27,472 nt of DNA from Bryobacteraceae bacterium (GTDB lineage Bacteria; Acidobacteriota; Terriglobia; Bryobacterales; Bryobacteraceae): positions 1 to 27,472 of the forward strand of contig JBEKLW010000001.1 in the NCBI GenBank assembly GCA_050008815.1, written 5' to 3'. Of this stretch, positions 15,617 to 22,549 are shown one piece after another; positions within the stretch are counted from its first letter, which is position 1, and every line of letters begins with the position of its first letter. A program made the position numbers and the translations under genes. Below the pieces are notes generated by a model. That model was not told the DNA's origin and did no database searches. It worked only from the letters and a program-made list of their open reading frames with translations.

Positions 15617-15793
15617 TCACCTGTACCATTCAGCCACTCCGTGGTGTCCTGAGCACGTGCCGGAATGATGCCGGCTCCAGCTGTACGTTCCGTCTCGGCA
15701 CTTGGCCGTTGCTCCGACACCGGTGAGGCGCATCGCGATTGCGGCGACGAGGATGAGCAGCACGAGGATGAGTGGCCACTGTTTCCGGAGCAT
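15617..15793 (-). CDS. DUF3761-type small exported/membrane-anchored protein (58 aa)
   Basis: Hydrophobic N-terminus WPLILVLLILVAAIAM, then ATAKCRDGTYSWSRHHSGTCSGHHGVAEW (DUF3761 signature). ATG overlaps the upstream TAA (TAATG). Confidence 0.8.
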   Translation of the reverse strand: MLRKQWPLILVLLILVAAIAMRLTGVGATAKCRDGTYSWSRHHSGTCSGHHGVAEWYR

Positions 15794-16245
15794 TACCCGC
15801 TCCTCCGCTGCGGCCGTAGGGTGCTTGGAGCGCCAATTGGCTGGCCGGCGATCCTCCGCTTCCAAGCCTGTGCCGCGAGGAAGACGAGCACGTACAGCAG
15901 GACGAATATCCCAACACGCTCCCTATGGCGAGATGCGACCTTCGAAAGCGCCTCTACAACGTCGATGTCGAAGCCCGTCATCATCCAAAACAGAAGAAGC
16001 GTTCCGCCTAGCCACTCGAACGCTAGACCGACCTGCTTAAGCGGCGCCGGCGCTCGTACCCAAGCCACCGAGCAGATCAGCACGTAGACTCCCGCAGCGA
16101 ACGCGCTGGCACCCGGGTGACGTGCCCCGAGTACGAGAATTGAGGCGACAGGTAGGAGGATCAGAGCGGCCAGCCTCAATGCCGTCTGGCAGGCCATCAC
16201 TCCGACGACCACCCACTGCACCGGACGCCGCTCCCAGAAGTTCAC
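15793..16245 (-). CDS. Integral membrane protein (~150 aa, about 4 TM segments)
   Basis: Four long hydrophobic stretches. GTG at 16245 overlaps the stop of the 61-aa gene (GTGA), and its TAA overlaps the DUF3761 ATG. Confidence 0.65.
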   Translation of the reverse strand: MNFWERRPVQWVVVGVMACQTALRLAALILLPVASILVLGARHPGASAFAAGVYVLICSVAWVRAPAPLKQVGLAFEWLGGTLLLFWMMTGFDIDVVEALSKVASRHRERVGIFVLLYVLVFLAAQAWKRRIAGQPIGAPSTLRPQRRSG

Positions 16246-16427
16246 TTCGCGGCCTTCTTTGGCTTTGTTTTCCCACGGCTCGACGCCGGCCGTTTCGCTA
16301 TGTGTCCGGCCCATCTCGCGTTCACCATGTTTCGACCCCACTCTGACTTCTGCTCCTGCGAAGCCTTGCTCCATCGCAGGTGAACCAGCGCCTGAGCGGC
16401 CTTATTCTTTCCTTTTTTCCTGGCCAT
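16242..16427 (-). CDS. Small basic helical protein (61 aa), probable nucleic-acid binder; leaderless
   Basis: MARKKGKNKAAQALVHLRWSKASQEQKSEWGRNMVNARW...KKAAK resembles the K-N-x-AA-x-AL...E-x-R-S-E-x-A-R-x-x-x-x-ARW family; ATG is 7 nt after a perfect TATAAT. Confidence 0.75.
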   Translation of the reverse strand: MARKKGKNKAAQALVHLRWSKASQEQKSEWGRNMVNARWAGHIAKRPASSRGKTKPKKAAK

Positions 16428-16434
16428 TGCAAGA

Positions 16435-16464
16435 ATTATACGCGCGGCGGCTCGCGGGTGTCAA
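16435..16464 (-). promoter_or_regulatory. Leftward sigma70 promoter TTGACA-18-TATAAT, leaderless transcript
   Basis: Minus strand: TTGACA (16464-16459), 18-nt spacer, TATAAT (16440-16435), 7 nt, ATG (16427). Confidence 0.85.
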
Positions 16465-16524
16465 TACGTAAGTACTCCCCCTACCCGCCCTGGGTATTTC
16501 CCGGTTGACATACTTACGTAAATA
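16461..16524. promoter_or_regulatory. Pair of operator-like imperfect 14-bp palindromes
   Basis: TCAATAC|GTAAGTA (16461-16474) and TACTTAC|GTAAATA (16511-16524). The 10-mers TACGTAAGTA (16465-16474) and TACTTACGTA (16511-16520) are exact reverse complements, each abutting a TTGACA. Confidence 0.65.
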
Positions 16525-16533
16525 CCTTAAAGT
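16505..16533 (+). promoter_or_regulatory. Rightward sigma70 promoter TTGACA-17-TAAAGT
   Basis: TTGACA 16505-16510, 17-nt spacer, TAAAGT 16528-16533, in an AT-rich island in front of the early genes. Confidence 0.75.
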
Positions 16534-16569
16534 TGAAATGTGAGCGGCTTCCTCCAGCCCGCACACCTG

Positions 16570-16704
16570 ATGGCCATTCTCCGCGGATGGTATCCGCACT
16601 GGCAGATGCAGTTGAGAAGCTTCAGCGTTGCGGACTGGACGATGCTCGCTCTGCTCCTGGTCGTGTACCTGAACACGGCTTGGAGCCTCAATCGAAAGAG
16701 GTGA
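16570..16704 (+). CDS. Possible 44-aa single-TM peptide
   Basis: MAILRGWYPHWQMQLRSFSVADWTMLALLLVVYLNTAWSLNRKR; fills the gap between the promoter and the 16708 gene; no clear RBS. Confidence 0.3.
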   Translation: MAILRGWYPHWQMQLRSFSVADWTMLALLLVVYLNTAWSLNRKR

Positions 16705-16707
16705 GTC

Positions 16708-16989
16708 ATGAACAGGTTCGAAGGACACGTTGAAGCCCCGCCGTCCGAAGAAGACTGGATCCGGCGGGAAGAGGAAATCGAGCGGACCCAGGAGCGCCGC
16801 CTCCTGGCTCTGGATCTCGCCTACGAATATGGCCATGAGAACTCGGTGGAGATCCACGAGTTCATCGGCAACCACGCCGCCAGCACATTGGGCGAGACTG
16901 GCTGCACACCCCAAGAGATCGCGGCCTTCGTGCCGCGCGAGCGCCTTCAGCACCTGCTGCGCGGCCTGAACTTCGGGGAGGCCTCATAA
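16708..16989 (+). CDS. Hypothetical early protein (93 aa)
   Basis: GAGGTG RBS; acidic helical sequence; TAATG overlap with the next gene. Confidence 0.7.
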   Translation: MNRFEGHVEAPPSEEDWIRREEEIERTQERRLLALDLAYEYGHENSVEIHEFIGNHAASTLGETGCTPQEIAAFVPRERLQHLLRGLNFGEAS

Positions 16990-17615
16990 TGCGTGAAATT
17001 CTGGAGTTCTCCCCCAACGTCCCGGCTCAGGTAGCGCTGGCTTACGGGGTGGGCAAGACCATCGAGACCAAGTTTGGCGAGCGCGTCATGTTCACCCTGG
17101 CGGATGGGCGCATCATGTTCCTGGAGCCTGAAGTAGCCGAGAAAGTCAACGAGTTGAAGCTGCGCGCCAACCAGCCGTTCTTCATCTGCAAGCACCGCGA
17201 TGGGAAAAGGGGGAGCCCGGTCGAGTGGCGCGCCTGGCTGTCTCCGGATCTCCTGGCTGGCGAGCAGCCGGACGGAACCTTCGTGGTGCCGGCGAATGGC
17301 AACGGTAAGGCCGCGGCGAGTGTCCTACCACCCGCCGCGGTCACGGCAGCCTCGAAGCTGCCAAGGACACCCAGTAACGGCAATGGTAGCAAACCCATGG
17401 GCCCCCACGGCACGGCGCCGGCGCCCTCGATCGACGTACAGAACGGATGGGCCCGATTGCTGGCTCAGACCAATGCGCTGGTCGACGTTTATGCAGCCGC
17501 ATTGAACTACGCGAGCGAGAAGCATGGCAACCAGGTCAAGGCCGACGACGTGCGCTGTCTCTTGACCACGGCCTACATCAACCAGGCGAGGAACGGAGGG
17601 TCGCATGGTGCGTAG
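16989..17615 (+). CDS. Hypothetical early protein (208 aa): beta-rich N-domain, low-complexity linker, helical C-domain; possibly DNA-binding
   Basis: GGAGG RBS; N-terminal GKTIETKFGERVMFTLADGRIMFL strands, Gly/Asn/Pro linker and C-terminal DDVRCLLTTAYIN helix. No function recognised. Confidence 0.65.
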   Translation: MREILEFSPNVPAQVALAYGVGKTIETKFGERVMFTLADGRIMFLEPEVAEKVNELKLRANQPFFICKHRDGKRGSPVEWRAWLSPDLLAGEQPDGTFVVPANGNGKAAASVLPPAAVTAASKLPRTPSNGNGSKPMGPHGTAPAPSIDVQNGWARLLAQTNALVDVYAAALNYASEKHGNQVKADDVRCLLTTAYINQARNGGSHGA

Positions 17616-17970
17616 CGCCCTGGCGCGCTGGCTCATGTACGCGGTCCACGGAGAGCGCAGCTCCAGGCGCGCTCCCCGCCGGCGAGCTCGGCGCGGGCCG
17701 GCGCGCAATTGGAAGTATCGGCGGTGGATTCGCTCACTGCCTTCGGCGGTCTCGGGCGCACTCGGCTGCGAGGCGGCGCATACAGGAGATGATGGCGGCA
17801 TGGCTCAGAAGCCCTCGGATTACACCTGTCTCCCACTGACGCCGGCGGAGCACATCGAGTATCACCGGTTCGACCGCACGGCTTTCGAAACTCGCCATGG
17901 TCTCGACTGCCGCGCCCTGGTGAAGCGCCTCAACCATGACTGGTTCGCTTACGCGGGGAGGGTCAAATGA
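17605..17970 (+). CDS. DUF968/HNH-like putative nuclease (121 aa), Zn-ligand cysteines substituted
   Basis: KYRRWIRSLPSAVSG...EAAHTG-DDGGMAQKPSDYTCLPLTPAEHIEYH follows the Y-x-x-W-I-R-x-L-P-C-x-x-C-G...AH...GMG-x-K-x-x-D-x-x-x-x-PLC-x-x-HH pattern. Confidence 0.7.
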   Translation: MVRSALARWLMYAVHGERSSRRAPRRRARRGPARNWKYRRWIRSLPSAVSGALGCEAAHTGDDGGMAQKPSDYTCLPLTPAEHIEYHRFDRTAFETRHGLDCRALVKRLNHDWFAYAGRVK

Positions 17971-18179
17971 GAACACTGGGGGGCGACAAGGAGTTGGTGC
18001 GCGAGACGACGCCCTGGCAGGACGACGACGCTGTTTTTATCCGCCGCCTTCGGCGCGACGGGTTCACGCCCTACCTTGAGGAGCGTCGCTGGCGCCGGCG
18101 ATTCTATTGGCTACTGGGCCTGGCCAGCGTCTTGATCTTCGGATTTTCCCTGATCGAGATTAACTTACTGCATCGGTGA
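17967..18179 (+). CDS. Small single-TM protein (70 aa)
   Basis: Arg-rich stretch then FYWLLGLASVLIFGFSLI; ATGA overlap with the previous gene. Confidence 0.65.
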   Translation: MRTLGGDKELVRETTPWQDDDAVFIRRLRRDGFTPYLEERRWRRRFYWLLGLASVLIFGFSLIEINLLHR

Positions 18180-18229
18180 AACTCTGTAGCCGAAGGTGAG
18201 CATGGATTCTGAACGGGGATCGAACCAGA

Positions 18230-18781
18230 ATGAACACCTACCCGTTCATGTCCGATGCAAGCGCCCGCCGGGCCGCCCCGCCTGAACGGGTAGCGTTGCC
18301 CAGAAGCTCATCAGCGCGGGGCCGCAGTTCGTGTCTCTTCTTTCGGCTTCTCTCGGCCGTGAAAGGAACCCCCTATAACACGATGTTTGAAGGACCGGTC
18401 TTTCGGCCAGGCGCTTGGATCTCCGCTGAAGAGTTTCCGGAGCCAGCGGTGCTGCTGGAGTGCGCGGGACCGGTCGGCTCGGGCCGCCGCCGCCCGACGC
18501 TCTGGGTTCTCTGGCGGTACATTCTCGCCTCTTGTGAATGGGTCGAGATCGCCCGGGCCCAGTCCTTGAACTGGGAATGGAAGCTGGTGCTGAGGGAACC
18601 GGCGTGGATGGCGCTACATCCAGGCGTCGGGCCGGTGGATCCCGACTGGCGCGGGGCGCAACTCGAGCAGGAGCTGGTACAGATCATCGATGCCAAGCTA
18701 TTGGACGAGGTCAAGGCGGTGAGGCTTAGCGTTTTGAGTTCCCTCTACGACGACCTGGCGGGAAGAATCGCCAACTTCTGA
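18230..18781 (+). CDS. Hypothetical protein (up to 183 aa; true start may be downstream)
   Basis: Trp-rich globular-looking sequence (LWVLWRY...WVEIARAQSLNWEWKLVLREPA); function not recognised. Confidence 0.6.
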   Translation: MNTYPFMSDASARRAAPPERVALPRSSSARGRSSCLFFRLLSAVKGTPYNTMFEGPVFRPGAWISAEEFPEPAVLLECAGPVGSGRRRPTLWVLWRYILASCEWVEIARAQSLNWEWKLVLREPAWMALHPGVGPVDPDWRGAQLEQELVQIIDAKLLDEVKAVRLSVLSSLYDDLAGRIANF

Positions 18782-18816
18782 GGTTTTGCCTTTGCGTTGA
18801 GAGCTTAAATTTTACG

Positions 18817-18859
18817 GCTGCTGCTGCTTCCTTCGTGCGGAGAGAACAGCAGCAGCAGC
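18817..18859. repeat. 12-bp inverted repeat (GCT)4/(AGC)4 hairpin
   Basis: GCTGCTGCTGCT 18817-18828 and AGCAGCAGCAGC 18848-18859, 19-nt spacer, followed by an AT-rich tract (18860-18893). Confidence 0.8.
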
Positions 18860-18904
18860 TTAACTACTTCAATTAACTTCAAGCAATAATGATAGGGGCC
18901 AAAT

Positions 18905-19010
18905 TCGGGAAGGACCTGATTCCCCACTCGGGAAGGAGTTGATTCCCGAATCTCGGGAAGGACTTGATTCCCGAGTTTCGGGCGAAAACTCCACTCAGCG
19001 AGCTTCCCGA
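18905..19010. repeat. Tandem 22-bp palindromic repeats (iteron/operator array)
   Basis: TCGGGAAGGACCTGATTCCCCA (18905), TCGGGAAGGAGTTGATTCCCGA (18928), TCGGGAAGGACTTGATTCCCGA (18953), partial TCGGG at 18978 and half-site TTCCCGA at 19004-19010; periods 23, 25 and 25 nt. Confidence 0.9.
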
Positions 19011-19060
19011 AAAGAAAAATAAAATTGGCCCTTGCAATCCCGTGAGAGGTGGAGTATAGT
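19011..19060 (+). promoter_or_regulatory. Sigma70 promoter TTGCAA-17-TATAGT with A-tract UP element
   Basis: A-tract 19011-19026, TTGCAA 19032-19037, TATAGT 19055-19060; ATG at 19069. Confidence 0.7.
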
Positions 19061-19068
19061 CGCTTCTG

Positions 19069-19383
19069 ATGCCGGGCGCCAGATCTGAGGTCGCAACCAC
19101 CTCTCGAGGTTTGCCGGGCATCGGCACAACGCCGCGAACCGAAACCCCCGCACGAAGACGCCAAAACTCGCTCGGCCATCCCGGGCCAGAGGCGGATCGC
19201 CTACTCGTCCGACGGTCCGGTCGTATACCGAAGATGCTCGACCAGGCACTCTCTCGCCGGGCCGTTGAGATGGCGCGCACCGGGATATCCTTGACGGCCC
19301 TCGCCAGGTTTCTACAAACCAGCAAATGGTACGTGGTTCGGATGCTGAATGAGCAACTTAGTGGAAAGGCGTCAGTCGAGTGA
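19069..19383 (+). CDS. Helix-turn-helix DNA-binding protein (up to 104 aa; alternative start ATG 19234)
   Basis: C-terminal AVEMARTGISLTALARFLQTSKWYVVRML fits the G-x-S-x-x-x-x-A-x-x-L-x-x-S-x-x-x-V-x-R HTH pattern. Confidence 0.65.
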   Translation: MPGARSEVATTSRGLPGIGTTPRTETPARRRQNSLGHPGPEADRLLVRRSGRIPKMLDQALSRRAVEMARTGISLTALARFLQTSKWYVVRMLNEQLSGKASVE

Positions 19384-19530
19384 CCAGACTCTCAAGTGCT
19401 CAGGTTGGTGACAATAATATCCGTTATCGGAAGCTGGGCGCCTGCCTACTCCGAGCCTCCGCCTCGCGTGTCGGCCCCAGGCCTGGCGATCCCTCCTCCA
19501 TCGGGGATCGCCAGCCAACCGGGGGGATCG

Positions 19531-20877
19531 ATGGGTAGCGCGGCGCAACTGGTCCCCGACCATATTGCCGACGCCGGCAAAAAGGTCGCGCGCACTGTCG
19601 CCCGCGTCGCGCGGCCGAAGTCCCTCTATGGACGCGACGGCCCTCGACGGGCCGCTCTCATCGAAAACGCACGGGAGGAGTGGCGCGAGAGCAAATGGAC
19701 TGCCTTGCGGCTTCGGGCGGATCTACCGCGTTTGATTAAGGGACCGTGCCAAGCTCAATTCCTGCTGAGCGTCTACTTCGAGACCGAGGGGCGGCGCCCC
19801 ACGCAGGACGGTCCTGTACGCCAGTACACCGCGGTCATGATTCCCGAGGACTTCGCAGACGAGGGAGAGTTCACCCGGCAGCCGATGAGGAAGGACATCG
19901 AGGACCTTCTCAGGCGCGGCGTGGCATCCTCCAAGGCGATTGACCAAGGACACGCCGACCCGGATGAGCCGTTCACTCTGCTTTGCGAGAAAGGCGCCTC
20001 CGGCTTGGACCTCTATCGCTTCCGGCTGTGCTTCGAAGCCTGGCGAAGCCTGCCGAGCGCCAGCATCCCGCGGAAGGGGATGCAAGCCGCGGATGAGGCC
20101 GATGGAGGCGAAGAGGAGGCGAACACTCAGGAAGGACGTCCTTCCCGAGTTTCAGAAAAGTTGTTGCTAACAAAGGGGGCGTCCGGCGGACGGCCGCTCA
20201 AGCCCGGACAGTACAGAAAGCTCGGTGCCGCCGAGTTTCGGGGAGCTACCTTACCCCTCTCGCTGGACAATCGAACGCCCTACCCGCTGGCGGTGCGTTG
20301 TCTCCTTACGGAGGATAACGGCATCTGCACGCGCGTCGAGAGCCGCGAGGCGAAGTCACGCGACGCAGAGGAGATCCGGCCCCCAGCACCCGAACCGCAG
20401 CCTTCCCCGCCCCGCGCGGTCAGAAGCAGAAAATCGGGATCGAACGGCGACGGCGCCGGCTCCAATGGCAATAGGGACGCCCTGAAGTTGCTGGACCAGT
20501 ACCCGCAATGCGGGGCATTCATCATGCGGTACCCGGGCACGGATGCACCGTTTGCAGCGAAGGTCCTGGCCGAGTGCCAAGCCTCGGCCGGTGCCGCATC
20601 CCCGGTGCTTACGGACGAGGCGCTCTTCCACGGGCTACGGGCGGTCACGAAAAAGTATCAGGAGTCCGCTGGCCTGTACCTGAGCACAGCGCCGCCATGG
20701 GTCGCCAAGTGGGCCCAGGAAGTACAGCGCCACCCTACGCCCAAGCCAGAACCTACGGGCAATCCGATGCAGGCATACATTCGCTGCCGGGACGCCAGGC
20801 GGGTTCTGAGGGACCCCGATGCCAACGATGAGCAGAAAGCGCGGGCACGGGCGGTCCTCAGGGAAGAGGGTGGCTGA
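19531..20877 (+). CDS. Putative phage replication initiator (448 aa from ATG 19531; ORF is open from 19396)
   Basis: wHTH-like PEDFADEGEFTRQPMRKDIEDLLRRGV, low-complexity linker carrying a copy of the upstream palindrome, and a helical C-terminal domain. Position after an origin-like array and before small-gene cluster. Function inferred. Confidence 0.55.
   Translation: MGSAAQLVPDHIADAGKKVARTVARVARPKSLYGRDGPRRAALIENAREEWRESKWTALRLRADLPRLIKGPCQAQFLLSVYFETEGRRPTQDGPVRQYTAVMIPEDFADEGEFTRQPMRKDIEDLLRRGVASSKAIDQGHADPDEPFTLLCEKGASGLDLYRFRLCFEAWRSLPSASIPRKGMQAADEADGGEEEANTQEGRPSRVSEKLLLTKGASGGRPLKPGQYRKLGAAEFRGATLPLSLDNRTPYPLAVRCLLTEDNGICTRVESREAKSRDAEEIRPPAPEPQPSPPRAVRSRKSGSNGDGAGSNGNRDALKLLDQYPQCGAFIMRYPGTDAPFAAKVLAECQASAGAASPVLTDEALFHGLRAVTKKYQESAGLYLSTAPPWVAKWAQEVQRHPTPKPEPTGNPMQAYIRCRDARRVLRDPDANDEQKARARAVLREEGG
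20127..20148. repeat. Intragenic copy of the 22-bp palindrome
   Basis: TCAGGAAGGACGTCCTTCCCGA(GTTTC): 23/27 identity to the third upstream unit and its flank; contains the perfect 16-bp palindrome GGAAGGACGTCCTTCC (20130-20145). Confidence 0.8.
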
Positions 20878-21301
20878 AGTGGATCTGAAAAGCGCCCCGA
20901 TTTACTCCGACCCCCGCGCGGATGCGATTATCGAAAATCTCGCCGTGGTGGTGCGCCTCCTGCGCGAGTTCCCGGATCACATCCAGGCTCCCGAATGGAG
21001 GGTCGAAATAGCGGTGGCGCGAAAGGAGAGTCCGGAGTTGCTGGCCATGGCGGAACTGATCGTCGCCAAGGAAAACGAGGTCAGGGACGCGCTCCGCGAG
21101 CATCCCGAGAACTGCTCTCGTTGCCACGGCACCGGATACTACCGGTGGGCCCGGGCGAATCACGGAGGGTTTTGTTCGTGCCCCGTGGGAGAGGCGCTGG
21201 AGCGAAACCGTACCCTGGCTCGGGACGCCTTCGAGCGGGGCATCACACAGCAGGAGCCAGCGGCGGAAGGCCAGCTCGCTCTCGGTCTGGGGGCTGCTTG
21301 A
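20870..21301 (+). CDS. Zn-ribbon protein (143 aa from GTG 20870)
   Basis: CSRCHGTGY...FCSCPVG motif; GTGGCTGA overlap with the rep stop codon. Confidence 0.65.
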   Translation: MAEVDLKSAPIYSDPRADAIIENLAVVVRLLREFPDHIQAPEWRVEIAVARKESPELLAMAELIVAKENEVRDALREHPENCSRCHGTGYYRWARANHGGFCSCPVGEALERNRTLARDAFERGITQQEPAAEGQLALGLGAA

Positions 21302-21501
21302 TGCAGGCGCGCGGCCCGGTTGAGTATCGTCTCACCGCGGCGCTTTTTCTTGAAGTGCGGGGAGACGCCAAAGTGACAGTGACGCCTCACTACTCCTGGA
21401 GGCCCAGCTTGGGTTCAGCCCACGTGCCCAGCGACATCGAGTTGATCGCCGAGAAGATGATACGCGTGGCCGTGGAGAACGGAGCGATCGAGGCTAAATG
21501 A
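21301..21501 (+). CDS. Hypothetical protein (66 aa)
   Basis: MQARGPVEYRLTAALFLEV...; TGATG overlap upstream and ATGA overlap downstream. Confidence 0.55.
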   Translation: MQARGPVEYRLTAALFLEVRGDAKVTVTPHYSWRPSLGSAHVPSDIELIAEKMIRVAVENGAIEAK

Positions 21502-21683
21502 TTCTGAACGGAAATACCGGCGCCCATGCTTTCTATCAGCCGGACCGGCGCGCCAAGAGCCGTAACGAGCGCGAGCGTTCGGACTTCGGCACTCAGCAGT
21601 GCGTCGGCCCGCTGGAAGAGAGGTTTGCCTGGATGCGCAGGCGGCAGCAAGCCAGACGAAAACGGCGAGCGCGGGAGGCTTGA
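21498..21683 (+). CDS. Hypothetical Arg-rich protein (61 aa)
   Basis: Overlapping start/stop codons at both ends; ends with the GGGAGG RBS of the next gene. Confidence 0.4.
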   Translation: MILNGNTGAHAFYQPDRRAKSRNERERSDFGTQQCVGPLEERFAWMRRRQQARRKRRAREA

Positions 21684-22051
21684 TGGATTTCAGCATCAAT
21701 CTTCGGAAGCTATTCGAACAACGCACGCTTGAGCAACGGCTAACACTAGCCCGTGTCGAGCGGAAACTCGATGACTTGACAGAACAGGGGAGAAAAAACA
21801 TGTCGAAAATCACGGATTGGGCTGCGCAAGAGCAGGCCGATCTGACCGCCATCAGCAGCACATTGGACTCCATCGCGGCTGGCATCACCGCGTTGGACGC
21901 CCTCATTACGAATTTCCAAAACAGCCCGGGCACTCTGGCGCCATCGGACCAGGCCGCAATGGACGGCATTCAGGCCGCGTCTCACGCCCTGGTCCAAAAG
22001 TCCGGCGCCATCGTAGTTACACCGCCCGCGCCCCCGGCGCCCGCAACCTGA
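21683..22051 (+). CDS. Coiled-coil hypothetical protein (122 aa; possible internal start MSKITDW at 21800)
   Basis: GGGAGG RBS and TGATG overlap; heptad-like LTAISSTLDSIAAGITALDALITNF. Confidence 0.65.
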   Translation: MDFSINLRKLFEQRTLEQRLTLARVERKLDDLTEQGRKNMSKITDWAAQEQADLTAISSTLDSIAAGITALDALITNFQNSPGTLAPSDQAAMDGIQAASHALVQKSGAIVVTPPAPPAPAT

Positions 22052-22168
22052 TAGGGATTGACTTTCCTCTGGTGGCCCCCGGAGGAATCGTGGGCCGCGG
22101 GCGAACGCCGCGGCAAGAGCCAAGTGGCCAGACTCGAAGTTGGCGTACAGTGTCTAGGGCAACAGAAA

Positions 22169-22198
22169 CGGGGCGCGGCCAGTGTCAGCCGCGCCCCG
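22169..22198. terminator. GC-rich 11-bp hairpin; U-rich tail only on the minus strand
   Basis: CGGGGCGCGGC (22169-22179) / GCCGCGCCCCG (22188-22198), 8-nt loop; the minus strand continues TTTCTGTT. Confidence 0.4.
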
Positions 22199-22213
22199 CA
22201 GAGGGCCATTGAC

Positions 22214-22528
22214 GTGAAGATACTTCCCATCTCCAACGTCCAACGTAGTTCCATCATCCACCACCTCGCGTTACATGGCAAGTGGCGGGGCACGCGGCGA
22301 GGCGCACGTCTGCGGATCGTCCGCTTCCCCACGGCGAGCGGCGAGCGAGTTATCTATTCCGTTCGCATCGGTGGCGAAACGATTTCCGCGCCGGCGGCGA
22401 CCGTGTTTGAAGCTGTCGCTGAGTTGAACGATCTCGTGCTGGCGGTCCCGATCCGTGGCGTGGCCCACAACAGATCTCTCGTAGGCAGAGAATCAGACAC
22501 GGCGGCCGTCGCTGCCAGCGGTGATTGA
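22214..22528 (+). CDS. Hypothetical protein (104 aa from GTG 22214)
   Basis: GAGGG upstream of GTG; beta-rich RLRIVRFPTASGERVIYSVRIGGE. Confidence 0.45.
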   Translation: MKILPISNVQRSSIIHHLALHGKWRGTRRGARLRIVRFPTASGERVIYSVRIGGETISAPAATVFEAVAELNDLVLAVPIRGVAHNRSLVGRESDTAAVAASGD

Positions 22529-22549
22529 CGCCGCTACCGAGGAGATACC

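Noticed and set aside
16533-16733. 66-aa ORF (TTG start) as a Cro-like gene
   Set aside because: Its start lies at the -10 element, it has no HTH pattern, and it overlaps the RBS and start of the 16708 gene.
18905-19000. CRISPR array
   Set aside because: The palindromic units are separated by only 1-3 nt, there are no unique spacers, and no cas genes are present.
18805-19325. Minus-strand ORFs (18805-19179, 18879-19325) with GNQVLPE/GIRSFP repeats as real genes or a relic rep gene
   Set aside because: The peptide repeats are simply translations of the DNA palindromes, and the ORFs overlap a strong plus-strand promoter and the HTH gene. No other protein features support them.
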